Source: Candidatus Omnitrophota bacterium
Lineage (GTDB): Bacteria; Omnitrophota; Gorgyraeia; Duberdicusellales; 4484-171
Reading direction: 5' to 3'
DNA: 64,000 bases
Assembly (NCBI GenBank): GCA_043823745.1
Contig: JBDRAN010000059.1
Location: forward strand, 9,105 to 73,104
Below are positions 29,043-38,511 of this stretch, piece after piece. A program made the translations under genes and the position numbers. How positions within the stretch are numbered: the stretch's first letter is position 1; every line of letters starts with the position of its first letter. The notes beneath the pieces were generated by a model. It was not told the origin of the DNA and searched no databases. It saw nothing but the letters and a program-made list of their open reading frames with translations.

Positions 29043-29552
29043 ATGTCAATTACTACTAAACGCGGCGATAACGGATATACTGCGTTATGCGCAGGGCCTC
29101 GCGTGCGCAAGGACGATCTTCGTATAGAAGCGCTGGGGTTTGTCGATGAGCTTTCTTCGTTCCTTGGCCTTGCTAAAAGCGCTCTTCCCGCGCGCTCCGC
29201 GAAATTTCTGATTAGTTCTGTGCAGAAAGATTTGTTTATGGTGGGAGCAGAGGTTGCGGCAGGCCCGAACGCAAAACGTGTCGGGCGCATCAGCCCGCGT
29301 GACGTCGCGCGTCTCGAGAAACAGATTGCCGCTTTAGAGAAGCGAAACACCCGGCACGGGTTTATCGCGCCCGGTGAAAATCTTATTTCCGCTACTTTTG
29401 ACGTGGCGCGGGCGATATCGCGCAGACTTGAGCGTCGCATTGTTACCTTGAAGCGAAAAAGGCTTTTTAACAATACTGACGCGTCGGTCTATTGCAATCG
29501 TCTTTCCGATCTTTTATTTTTGCTTGCCCGCAGTCACGAGAAGAAACCGTAG
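29043..29552 (+). CDS. PduO-type ATP:cob(I)alamin adenosyltransferase
   Basis: I.TK.GD.G.T, G.VDEL.S..G, RR.ER and NRLSD.LF.LAR motifs. Confidence 0.92.
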   Translation: MSITTKRGDNGYTALCAGPRVRKDDLRIEALGFVDELSSFLGLAKSALPARSAKFLISSVQKDLFMVGAEVAAGPNAKRVGRISPRDVARLEKQIAALEKRNTRHGFIAPGENLISATFDVARAISRRLERRIVTLKRKRLFNNTDASVYCNRLSDLLFLLARSHEKKP

Positions 29553-29641
29553 AGGATAAAACAAGGAAACGAGAGTAGCTGGTGGAATCCCAGGGTATTC
29601 TCCTGGTTGCTTTTTTAAGAAAAAAAAGTGGGGGTGTTCAT

Positions 29642-29974
29642 ATGCGTGTCCTATTGTTTTCTATTTTGTTCTTTTTGGCGAGTTTGCCGGTATTTGCGCA
29701 TTCGCCTGAAGCGGTTACCATATCAGCCGAAGGAGCTATGGTAGCGGTCATCGTTGAGCATCAGGTAGCCGATCCCCGCGGTCATTATATTAAGCGCATT
29801 GAGATTTCTTTAAATGGAAGGCATATCATTGTCCAGGAATTCTCGTTACAGGGCTCGAATACCCAGCAGAAGGCAGTCTATGAGATCCCTGGACTAAAGA
29901 AAGGGGATATCCTCGCGGTAGACGCTGATTGTAATAAGGGAGGTGATCGTTCCGCGAAGATAGAGGTACCGTAA
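29642..29974 (+). CDS. Exported protein resembling the superoxide reductase (desulfoferrodoxin) catalytic domain
   Basis: Signal peptide then H.P; H......HYI..IEI; CN.GG where SOR has CN.HG. Confidence 0.5.
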   Translation: MRVLLFSILFFLASLPVFAHSPEAVTISAEGAMVAVIVEHQVADPRGHYIKRIEISLNGRHIIVQEFSLQGSNTQQKAVYEIPGLKKGDILAVDADCNKGGDRSAKIEVP

Positions 29975-30107
29975 AAGCGCTTGCAAGCATAGTGTTGGTG
30001 GGCGTGTAATTTTATGGTACAATTGGATTTTAAGAGGGAAGGGGACGCCAAAAACAGGGTATTGGCGCTCAAATACATTAACGATGTTACTCTTTGGAGG
30101 TGCAGCT

Positions 30108-30275
30108 ATGACTAAATATCGTTGTCTTGTCTGTAGTTATGTGTATGATCCCGAGCTAGGCGACCCGGACGGGGGGATTGAACCGGGAACAGCCTTTGAG
30201 AGCATATCTAATACCTGGCTTTGCCCGGTATGCGGGGCCGATAAGACTCAATTTGAGTCTGTTATTGAAGGGTAA
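30108..30275 (+). CDS. Rubredoxin
   Basis: [20 protein letters not shown]...W.CPVCG. Confidence 0.95.
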   Translation: MTKYRCLVCSYVYDPELGDPDGGIEPGTAFESISNTWLCPVCGADKTQFESVIEG

Positions 30276-30350
30276 ACATTCCTTGGTGGCTCGCGGGATT
30301 TCGATCCTGTACGCGCGTAGAGTTCTCTGCGTAAAGAAAAGGAGGATATA

Positions 30351-30713
30351 ATGTCTGAGGTTGTTGGAGCATTGGACCCCAAGCAAGAACGAACATATGC
30401 GATGTTATGCCATCTTTCGGCATTGGCAGGCTATCTTATACCGCTTGGTAATATCATTGGTCCTTTGGTTATGTGGTTGATAAAGAAAGATCAGTCTGCG
30501 CTGGTTGACGCTGAAGGAAAAAAAGCGCTTAATTTCCAGATCTCTATTCTTATCTATTTACTGGTCTCCGGAATTCTCTGTCTGGTTTTAATCGGATTCG
30601 CGCTTGTAGCGGTGATTGGAATATTTGAGCTGGTCATGGTTATCGTCGCGGCAGTTAAAACCAGTAACGGTGAAGAATTCAAATATCCTTTAAGTATTAC
30701 ATTTTTGAAATAA
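30351..30713 (+). CDS. DUF4870 membrane protein
   Basis: AMLCHLS, GPLV.WL.KK, ALNFQIS and G..F.YP motifs. Confidence 0.85.
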   Translation: MSEVVGALDPKQERTYAMLCHLSALAGYLIPLGNIIGPLVMWLIKKDQSALVDAEGKKALNFQISILIYLLVSGILCLVLIGFALVAVIGIFELVMVIVAAVKTSNGEEFKYPLSITFLK

Positions 30714-30762
30714 CGGGGCCGCTGCGATTGGGGTCCTGCCGCGCGTGCGCACGAGAAACAAT

Positions 30763-31953
30763 ATGACCGAAATACGGAAAAATATCCATTGGGTTGGAGC
30801 GATTGATTGGGATTTACGTAATTTTCACGGCTATTCTACGCCATTTGGCTCAACCTATAACGCCTATCTTATTCTTGATGAACAACCAACTTTGGTTGAT
30901 ACGGTAAAACATTATTGTTACGATGAAATGGTTTCCCGTATTAAACAGATCATCGATCCCGCCAAAATCAGGTATATTATTTCTAACCACACTGAGATGG
31001 ATCATTCGGGCTCTATCGGAAAGCTTCTCGCGATATGCCCTGCCGCCGAAGTTGTGTGTTCCCTGAAAGGCCACGAAGGGCTCACGAAGCACTTTCAGAA
31101 TGCCGGTGCGGGGAATTGGAAATTTAAGGTGGTTGGTAGCGGTGATACGCTTATGATCGGAAGTCGCGCCCTCGAGTTTTTCTTGATGCCGATGGTGCAC
31201 TGGCCTGATTCTATGGCTACCTATAGTCGTAGCGATAAGGTGTTGCTTCCCAATGACGCGTTTGGCCAGCATTATGCTTCGAGCCAGCGCTTTGTTGACG
31301 AAGTGGGGTTGGAATTTGCGCTTACGGAAGCTCAAAAATATTATGCCAATATTGTGTTGCCGTATGGCGGCCAGGTTGTTCGCGCCCTTGAGGCGCTCGG
31401 GAAACTCCCCGTTGAAGTGATTGCTCCGTCGCACGGTCTCATCTGGCGGCGCGAGCAGGATATTTCACAAATACTTACGCGTTACCGGTCTTGGGCTCAT
31501 TATGAAGCAGGCTCACAGGCGGTGATCGTGTACGATACGATGTGGCATTCAACAGAGGTGCTGGCGCGCGATCTCTATGATGCGCTTGGGAATGAAGGGA
31601 TTCCGGCACGCTTATGTAATCTGCAAGTTACCCATATTTCCGATATCATGGCTCAGGTATTAGCGTCAGGCGCCCTGCTGGTAGGAAGCCCGATTTTAAA
31701 TGGCAGGATTCTCCCGAGCATGGCAGCGTTTCTTACCTATCTGCGCGGTCTTAAGCCTAAGAATAGAGTGGGTTTTACCTTTGGTTCTTATGGCTGGGCC
31801 CCGGCTGGGTTTCGTGAAATGGAAGATGCGTTAAAGGACTCCGGTATAACGCTGGTTAAGGAAGGCGTATACGTTAATTATGTGCCTGATCAGGCAGCTC
31901 GTGCTCAAATGGCCGATGTTGCCCGAGAGCTTAAAGCGGCGCTTACACGGTAA
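30763..31953 (+). CDS. fprA: Flavodiiron protein (FprA; O2/NO reductase)
   Basis: H.EMDHSG, HWPDS, DAFGQH, APSHG; flavodoxin domain YDTMWHST and FGSYGW. Confidence 0.93.
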   Translation: MTEIRKNIHWVGAIDWDLRNFHGYSTPFGSTYNAYLILDEQPTLVDTVKHYCYDEMVSRIKQIIDPAKIRYIISNHTEMDHSGSIGKLLAICPAAEVVCSLKGHEGLTKHFQNAGAGNWKFKVVGSGDTLMIGSRALEFFLMPMVHWPDSMATYSRSDKVLLPNDAFGQHYASSQRFVDEVGLEFALTEAQKYYANIVLPYGGQVVRALEALGKLPVEVIAPSHGLIWRREQDISQILTRYRSWAHYEAGSQAVIVYDTMWHSTEVLARDLYDALGNEGIPARLCNLQVTHISDIMAQVLASGALLVGSPILNGRILPSMAAFLTYLRGLKPKNRVGFTFGSYGWAPAGFREMEDALKDSGITLVKEGVYVNYVPDQAARAQMADVARELKAALTR

Positions 31954-32000
31954 ATAAAAATTTTCGGTGTGCCTGATCAGATTACAAAAAAAGGAGTGTT

Positions 32001-32501
32001 ATGGCAAATATTTTTAACCCTGAGGAAATTCTACGTATCGCGATTACGGTGGAAACAAACGGAAAAGCGCTTTATGGTACGTTGGAAGCAAACGCGCGCG
32101 AAGAAAAAATAAAAGAAACATGGCGTTATCTGAAAGAGCAGGAAGGGGTGCATCAAAAAATTTTTCAGGAGATGCTTGATAAGGGGGGTGATTTCATCGT
32201 CGCGGAATTCAATCCCGGAGAATACGACGCCTACATGCGGGCGATTGCTTCCGAGTATGTTTTTACGCAGAACATGGTAAGTAAAAAAGTGAAAGAGGGC
32301 TTTGTGTCTGACATGGAAGCGGTTGATTTCGGAATATACGTCGAGAAAGAGTCGATTCTTACTTACTCGGCGTTACGTGCATATATCCTGCCGGTAAAAC
32401 AGGCAGTGATTGATAAAGTGATTGACGAGGAGCGCAAGCATTTGGTGGATCTTACGAATATAAAACGCTCGCTACAAAAAAAGGATAACGATGGATATTA
32501 A
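32001..32501 (+). CDS. Rubrerythrin/ferritin-like protein
   Basis: Paired E..G..Y/E..H and EK.S..Y/EE..H di-iron motifs. Confidence 0.85.
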   Translation: MANIFNPEEILRIAITVETNGKALYGTLEANAREEKIKETWRYLKEQEGVHQKIFQEMLDKGGDFIVAEFNPGEYDAYMRAIASEYVFTQNMVSKKVKEGFVSDMEAVDFGIYVEKESILTYSALRAYILPVKQAVIDKVIDEERKHLVDLTNIKRSLQKKDNDGY

Positions 32502-32721
32502 AATCTATTCAACACCAACGTGTCCCTATTGCAAGATGGTGAAGAATTATCTTTCATCAAAAGGAATACCTTATACGGATTACGATGTTTCAGTAAACCA
32601 GGTGGCGCTTGAGGAGATGACCAAGCAGACCGGGCAAATGGGGGTTCCGGTTGTCGTAATCGGCGATCAGGTTATTATCGGTTTTGACCAGGCGCGCATT
32701 GACGCTCTCCTGAAGCTCTAG
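32491..32721 (+). CDS. Glutaredoxin (NrdH/YruB-like)
   Basis: CPYC, GVPV and IGFD motifs. Confidence 0.92.
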   Translation: MDIKIYSTPTCPYCKMVKNYLSSKGIPYTDYDVSVNQVALEEMTKQTGQMGVPVVVIGDQVIIGFDQARIDALLKL

Positions 32722-32849
32722 TCCAACAGGACACCCTGTTGGGTAGTCCACAGCCCCGTTACCCTCAATAACGATATTAAGGTTCGGGGCGTCCCATGCC
32801 TTAATGTTTTCTATTTAGGAAATGGGACAGGGCACCCTGTTGGGTAGCC
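32721..32849 (+). repeat. Family D repeat copies 2 and 3
   Basis: GTCCAACAGGACACCCTGTTGGGTAGTCC (32721-32749) and GACAGGGCACCCTGTTGGGTAGCC (32826-32849). Confidence 0.75.
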
Positions 32850-32875
32850 TAGCGAGGCATTCCGGGAGGCAGTTT

Positions 32876-33091
32876 ATGCCTACATACACCTACCTGTGCT
32901 CGATCTGCAACAGAAGTTTTGAGCTGCTGGTCAGTATGAGTCACGATATCCGCGAGCTCCCATGCCCTCAGTGCGGGGCAAAGAAATTAGAAAAAGTATT
33001 TTCCGGTTTTCGCATCGGCCGCTCCAATATATCCGAGGCTTCCTCAAAATGCGGTTCCTGCTCGGGCGGTGATTGTTCGAGTTGCTCGTAG
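32876..33091 (+). CDS. FmdB-family zinc ribbon protein
   Basis: MP.Y.Y.C..C...FE, CP.CG and a Cys-rich tail. Confidence 0.88.
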   Translation: MPTYTYLCSICNRSFELLVSMSHDIRELPCPQCGAKKLEKVFSGFRIGRSNISEASSKCGSCSGGDCSSCS

Positions 33092-33205
33092 TAACGCGAA
33101 TGACCGCTAATTGAAAGCGCGAATTTCCGCTAATATATTAGGAACTATTAGCGTTTTTAAATTCGCGGAGATTAGCGTTTCCTATTAGCGTAAATTAGCG
33201 TTTAT

Positions 33206-34123
33206 ATGAAGATATATGATTTACTTATCCTCGGTGCCGGGCCCGCGGGTATTACCGCGGCAGTGTACGCCTCAAGAAAGAAGCTCGATTTTCTGGTTGT
33301 GACATTAGATATCGGCGGCCAGGCTGCCTGGAGCGGGGATATCGAGAATTATACCGGGTATCAGTTTATTACCGGACCGGAGCTGGCGCTTAAATTCCAG
33401 GAACATATGAACTCGTTCGGCATTGCCGTGCGTATGCCCCAACGGGTGCGCGAGGTCGCCAAAGAGGGCGCGTTAGTCGCGACCACGACCGATAAAGAGC
33501 AATATAGCTCCAAAGCCGTTATTATCGCTACCGGCAAGCGGCCGCGGCCCTTAAACGTACCGGGAGAAAAAGAGTTCAAAAACAAAGGTGTTACGTATTG
33601 CGCGACCTGTGATGGGCCGCTTTTTAAAAATAAGCCGGTCGCGATCATCGGGGGGGGTAACTCCGCGCTTGATGCTGCCGTGCAGATGCTCAAAATTTGC
33701 CCGACAGTATACCTTATTAACATCGGGCCGAAGTTGACCGGCGATCCGGTCATGGTCGATACGGTCACGAAAGCACCCAATGCGATTATTTTGAACGATA
33801 CCAAAATCACTAAGATCTTTGGTGATGCGTTTGTGAAGGGCATTGAAGTTGTGCATCAGGGCGCAACTCAGACCTTCGATGTCGCCGGCGTTTTTGTCGA
33901 GATCGGCCTTATTCCTAACTATGATTTTTCAACTCTGGTAAACTGCAACGAGGCAGGCGAAGTAATCGTTGATTGTCATAACCAGACAAATATTGAAGGT
34001 ATTTTTGCCGCCGGAGACGTCACCAATGTTCCGGAGAAGCAAATTGTTATCGCCTGCGGCGAGGGTTCCAAGGCCTGTCTTTCGGCAGGTAAGTATTTAG
34101 CGACGCATATATTTAGCGTTTAG
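33206..34123 (+). CDS. trxB: Thioredoxin reductase / AhpF-like disulfide reductase
   Basis: GAGPAG, CATCDG, GGGNSA and FAAGD motifs. Confidence 0.9.
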   Translation: MKIYDLLILGAGPAGITAAVYASRKKLDFLVVTLDIGGQAAWSGDIENYTGYQFITGPELALKFQEHMNSFGIAVRMPQRVREVAKEGALVATTTDKEQYSSKAVIIATGKRPRPLNVPGEKEFKNKGVTYCATCDGPLFKNKPVAIIGGGNSALDAAVQMLKICPTVYLINIGPKLTGDPVMVDTVTKAPNAIILNDTKITKIFGDAFVKGIEVVHQGATQTFDVAGVFVEIGLIPNYDFSTLVNCNEAGEVIVDCHNQTNIEGIFAAGDVTNVPEKQIVIACGEGSKACLSAGKYLATHIFSV

Positions 34124-34233
34124 TTCCCTTCGGGAAGGCTACGCACCGTATAGCGAATAGCGTTTAGAGAGGAAGAGAATACCAATTATAAAACTCTGTG
34201 CTCTGCGATGACCGCTCTACGCTATTTATTATA

Positions 34234-34710
34234 ATGAAGTTATCCAAAGACATTATTCATTTTTTTGAGAAACAGGGGTTTGTGATTGTCTCGACGCTCG
34301 ATGAATCCTGCGGCAGCATCCATTGTTCGGCGAAGGGCATCGGGAGCATCACACCGGCCGGCAAGATCTATCTTATTGATCTTTACCGGTCAAAGACTTT
34401 TAGGAACCTGCAGGCTAACTCTACGGTAAGCCTGACTGCCGTTGATGAGCATCATTTTATCGGCTATACATTAAAAGGAAAAGCGCGCATCATTGAGCGC
34501 GAGAAGATAAAAAATTATATTATCAAGCAATGGGAGGAACGCGTTACCGCGCGTATATCCCGCCGGCTCATTAAGAACGTGCGCGGCGACAAGCGTTTTG
34601 CGCGCCACCCGGAAGCCCGCTTCCCTGCGCCTCAATATCTGATTGTTGTCGAGGTGACCGCGGTCGTTGATCTTGCGCCCGGCCAGCGTAACCAGCTTCC
34701 TAAACAGTAA
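34234..34710 (+). CDS. Pyridoxamine 5'-phosphate oxidase family (FMN split barrel) protein
   Basis: VSTLD...HCS.K, KT..NL..N..VSL and GY.LKG.A motifs. Confidence 0.75.
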   Translation: MKLSKDIIHFFEKQGFVIVSTLDESCGSIHCSAKGIGSITPAGKIYLIDLYRSKTFRNLQANSTVSLTAVDEHHFIGYTLKGKARIIEREKIKNYIIKQWEERVTARISRRLIKNVRGDKRFARHPEARFPAPQYLIVVEVTAVVDLAPGQRNQLPKQ

Positions 34711-34793
34711 AAAAAGTCATTTTTTTCTTGATTTTTCTATAATCCACGTTAATCTAATAGCGAAACAATTATAAAAATTTAGGAGGATATACG

Positions 34794-36560
34794 ATGGCAA
34801 ACGCGGTAGAAAAATGGGTTGATGAGGCAGCGCGGCTCTTTGAGCCAAAGCGTATTCATTTTTGTGACGGCTCCCAGAAAGAGGCCGAGCGTCTTATCGA
34901 AGTCGGCATGAACGAAGAAACTATTGAAGGTAAGCCGATTTTTTCAAAGCTTAACCACGACTCCTGGCCCAACGCGTATCTGCACCGTAGTCATTCCAGC
35001 GACGTCGCCCGTACGGAAAATCTCACCTTTGTCTGTCATCAAACCAAGGCCCTTGCAGGCCCCAATAATAACTGGATGGCGCCGCAAGAGGCAAAAGAGC
35101 GCCTTACGAAGTTAAGCCGCGGCGCGATGGCTGGACGCACGATGTATGTAATGCCGTTTGTCATGGGCCATCCCGATTCGCCTGCGGCAAAATTTTGCGT
35201 GCAAGTGACCGATGTAAGTTATGTAGTTTTAAGTATGCGCATCATGACGCGTATGGGCAGTGACGCTTTAGCGCGCATCGGTACGCGCAGCGATTTTATC
35301 AAAGGGCTTCATTCAATCGGAGAGCTTGATCCTGCCAAGCGTCTTATCGTGCATTTTCCGCAGGATAGCTTAGTCTGGAGTGTTGGTTCAGGCTACGGTG
35401 GCAACGCGCTTCTTGGTAAAAAATGTATTTCATTGAGGCTTGCCTCATGGATCGGTTTTAACGAAGGCTGGCTCGCCGAGCATATGATTATTATCGGCGT
35501 GGAGGATCCGCAAGGGAACATTGAATATCTTGCCGCGGCACTTCCTTCGGCATGTGGCAAGACGAATCTTGCCATGTTGCGTTCAAGTTTGCCCGGCTAC
35601 AAAGTGTGGACCCTCGGCGATGATATCGCCTGGCTTCGGGTTGGAACAGATGGTAGGCTTTGGGCTAACAACCCTGAGATGGGTTTCTTTGGCGTTGCTC
35701 CCGGAACAAGCACTAAAACAAATCCTTTAATGATCGAGACACTTAAAAAAGGGACATTTTATCCTACTCTTTTTACCAATACCGCGCTTAATACCGACAC
35801 CAATGAACCGTGGTGGGAGGATTTAAGCGAAAAGCATCCGGCGCATTTACTTGATTGGCAGGGAAACGCTTACACCCTGGGGCAGAAAGCGGCACATCCG
35901 AATTCCCGTTTTACCGTTTCTGTTACCCAATGCCCCGCGCTATCCAAAGAATTCAATAATCCCCAGGGCGTGCCCATTTCGGGAATTATTTTAGGAGGCC
36001 GGCGCTCAAGCCTGATTCCCCTGGTCTATGAGAGCTTTGACTGGAAGCATGGGGTTTTCTCCGGCGCGATGATGGGCTCTGAAACGACTGCTGCCGCTGC
36101 CGGTCAGGTGGGCATATTGCGCAGAGACCCGATGGCTATGCTTCCTTTCTGTGGCTATAATATGGGTGATTATTTCAGTCATTGGCTTCGCGTAGGCAAG
36201 AAACTCACCCATCCGCCGAAGATGTTTTTTGTGAACTGGTTTAAGAAAGATGAGTCGGGAAAGTTTCTCTGGCCCGGTTTTGGCGAGAATATCCGCGTGC
36301 TCAAATGGGTCATCGAGCGCACCAGGGGCTCCGGCGGAACAAAAGAAACACACATCGGCCATGTTCCCGATATTAAAAGTTTTGACACAACTGGTCTAGC
36401 GATCCCTCAGGAAAATCTAGCCAAGCTCTTTTCTATCGATGAAGATAAATGGGATACGGAGTTAAAAGAGGCAGAGGGATTTTTTGAGAAGTTTGGCGCG
36501 CAGATGCCTGCCGAGCTTCACGAAGAGTTTGATGTTTTAGAGAAAAAATTAAAGGGCTGA
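34794..36560 (+). CDS. pckG: Phosphoenolpyruvate carboxykinase (GTP)
   Basis: GSGYGGNALLGKKC, PSACGKTNLAM, GDDIAW, HPNSRF and DPMAMLPFCGY motifs. Confidence 0.96.
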   Translation: MANAVEKWVDEAARLFEPKRIHFCDGSQKEAERLIEVGMNEETIEGKPIFSKLNHDSWPNAYLHRSHSSDVARTENLTFVCHQTKALAGPNNNWMAPQEAKERLTKLSRGAMAGRTMYVMPFVMGHPDSPAAKFCVQVTDVSYVVLSMRIMTRMGSDALARIGTRSDFIKGLHSIGELDPAKRLIVHFPQDSLVWSVGSGYGGNALLGKKCISLRLASWIGFNEGWLAEHMIIIGVEDPQGNIEYLAAALPSACGKTNLAMLRSSLPGYKVWTLGDDIAWLRVGTDGRLWANNPEMGFFGVAPGTSTKTNPLMIETLKKGTFYPTLFTNTALNTDTNEPWWEDLSEKHPAHLLDWQGNAYTLGQKAAHPNSRFTVSVTQCPALSKEFNNPQGVPISGIILGGRRSSLIPLVYESFDWKHGVFSGAMMGSETTAAAAGQVGILRRDPMAMLPFCGYNMGDYFSHWLRVGKKLTHPPKMFFVNWFKKDESGKFLWPGFGENIRVLKWVIERTRGSGGTKETHIGHVPDIKSFDTTGLAIPQENLAKLFSIDEDKWDTELKEAEGFFEKFGAQMPAELHEEFDVLEKKLKG

Positions 36561-37447
36561 TGGAAGAAGTGCTGCTGACGACAAATCTGGCCGGGGTCAA
36601 ACTTGCCAAGCGAGGTAAGGTGCGCGACGTGTATGACGTTGGAGAGCACCTGCTCATTGTTTCCACCGACCGCATTTCCGCCTTTGATGTAGTGATGCCT
36701 AACGGCATCCCCAATAAAGGAAAAGTTCTCAATACAATCTCGCTCTTTTGGTTTGATTATGTAAAAGATATTATCCCTAATCACGTCGTTACTGCAGACG
36801 TTAATGAATACCCCCGTGAACTTGCGCCGCATCGCGACATTTTGCGTGGTCGCTCGATGCTGGTGAAAAAAACAAAACCGCTGGCTTTCGAGTGCGTTGT
36901 CCGCGGTTACCTTGCGGGTTCTGCGTACAAAGAATATAAGGAAAAGCAGGAAATTGCAGGAATAAAGCTTCCTTCGGGATTGCTGGAAAGTTCACGTTTC
37001 CCCGAGCCGCTCTTTACGCCTGCAACCAAAGAAGAACAGGGCCATGATATTAATGTTAGCGTCTCCGATATGGAGCGCGGCGCGGGCGTTGAACTAACGA
37101 GCCGCGTTAAAGACGCCAGTTTAAAGGTCTATAACGCAGCGGTTGAATACGCCGCCGCCAAGAGCATCATTATTGCCGACACCAAGTTTGAGTTTGGTGT
37201 CGCCGGCGATGCGGTTATTTTAATCGATGAGGTGCTGACGCCGGACTCTTCGCGTTTCTGGCCAAGCGCCGATTACTCACCCGGCAGGCCACAGGCAAGT
37301 TTTGATAAGCAGTTTGTCCGTGATTACCTCGAGAGTATTTCCTGGAACAAAACTCCACCCGCTCCGATTCTTCCCCGCGACGTGGTCGCAAAGACCGAAG
37401 AAAAATACAAAGAAGCTTTAAAAGTGCTCACCGGGATTTCTCTTTAA
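36560..37447 (+). CDS. purC: SAICAR synthase
   Basis: GKVRDVY, DRISAFD, ADTKFEFG and DEVLTPDSSRFW motifs. Confidence 0.96.
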   Translation: MEEVLLTTNLAGVKLAKRGKVRDVYDVGEHLLIVSTDRISAFDVVMPNGIPNKGKVLNTISLFWFDYVKDIIPNHVVTADVNEYPRELAPHRDILRGRSMLVKKTKPLAFECVVRGYLAGSAYKEYKEKQEIAGIKLPSGLLESSRFPEPLFTPATKEEQGHDINVSVSDMERGAGVELTSRVKDASLKVYNAAVEYAAAKSIIIADTKFEFGVAGDAVILIDEVLTPDSSRFWPSADYSPGRPQASFDKQFVRDYLESISWNKTPPAPILPRDVVAKTEEKYKEALKVLTGISL

Positions 37448-37768
37448 CTTCACTAAGGCATTAGTGTTATTTACCCGAACCCCCTTACAGGAAGACTTCG
37501 TTTGGGCCGACTCCTAATCTTCCATAGCCTCGGGCTTGGAAAATTTTGATAAGTCGGGGGGTCCTATGAGAAATATATCTCACATCGCTTCGCAATTATT
37601 AACCGGAAAAATGCCTTTGCCTACTAAAATGTTTTATACGTGTCTTATGCGCCTCACGTTAAACAATGAGTGGACTGTACCATTTGGTTCTCGGCATTTT
37701 TTCCGGTAACCTCGCCGTGATCTGAACTTTACCTTTATGTTTCTTTGATATTTAACGGTAAAGTTCAG

Positions 37769-37791
37769 CCCAACAGGGCGTCCTGGTGGAC
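37769..37791 (-). repeat. Family D repeat copy 4 (reverse)
   Basis: Reverse complement reads GTCCACCAGGACGCCCTGTTGGG. Confidence 0.65.
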
Positions 37792-37870
37792 AGCGGCGCC
37801 CCACAGGGCAAAAAATGCAACTGCATTTTTTGGGTTAAGGTAAAACCGCGGGATATCCAAAAATATTTTT

Positions 37871-37973
37871 TTACCCATGGCCTGACTTGTCAGGCGACCG
37901 ATTGAGGGTTTCACTCCATGAGCCTTAAGTCCTGCCGAGGAGTAGTCGCCGTTACAAGGCGGCTAAACTTCAC
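37871..37973 (-). repeat. Degenerate element in inverted orientation to 38409-38490
   Basis: Reverse complement shares the ordered blocks GTGAAG, CGCCTT..ACGG, CATGGA..GAAACCCT and ATGGGTAA. Confidence 0.65.
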
Positions 37974-38049
37974 GATACGCATTGTTTTTTTTATACGCAA
38001 TGGTATAATTTTTTTAAGCCAGAAGAATAGTGTATAATTTATAAAGGGT

Positions 38050-38412
38050 ATGTTGATAGCAAAGACAAAGAAGGAAAAGCGTAAAAGTCAAAGGCTCTCT
38101 ATTTGTTTTCCGGTAAAGTACAAACTCAAGCAACATACCCCCCTTAGAAACGCAATTGTCTGCCGTGACATTAGCGGCCATGGCGTAAGCATTCTTGCGC
38201 ACGAAGTATTAAAGACAAATCATAAACTTAATGTAATGCTCTACCCGAAGGGGAGTTGTAAGCCCATAGATGCGTTGTGTAAAGTAGTCTGGTGCAGGCA
38301 AAGCTATAAGGGTGCATTTGAGGCAGGCCTTGAATTCTTAAAAATTAAACAGGAACAACAATTCATAGATTTTCTTTGCAGTAATCTTATTGAATCGTCG
38401 CTTAAAAAGTGA
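38050..38412 (+). CDS. PilZ domain protein
   Basis: RxxxR (RKSQR) and DxSxxG (DISGHG) c-di-GMP motifs; G.EF. Confidence 0.88.
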   Translation: MLIAKTKKEKRKSQRLSICFPVKYKLKQHTPLRNAIVCRDISGHGVSILAHEVLKTNHKLNVMLYPKGSCKPIDALCKVVWCRQSYKGAFEAGLEFLKIKQEQQFIDFLCSNLIESSLKK

Positions 38413-38490
38413 AGCTCCGTCGCCTTATGACGGTGGTTAGGGCTTACATCCATGGAACGAAACCCTGAGCCATGCGTGGTTTATGGGTAA
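38409..38490 (+). repeat. Partner copy of the 37871-37973 element
   Basis: GTGAAGCTCCGTCGCCTTATGACGG...CATGGAACGAAACCCT...ATGGGTAA. Confidence 0.65.
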
Positions 38491-38511
38491 ATACAACGGA
38501 GGGATGCGTGT

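Noticed and set aside
37800-37860. c-di-GMP-I riboswitch upstream of the PilZ genes (CACAGGGCAAA...GGG...AAAACC)
   Set aside because: No GAAA tetraloop and no GACGCAAA core; resemblance is only partial. A cmscan with RF01051 would settle it.
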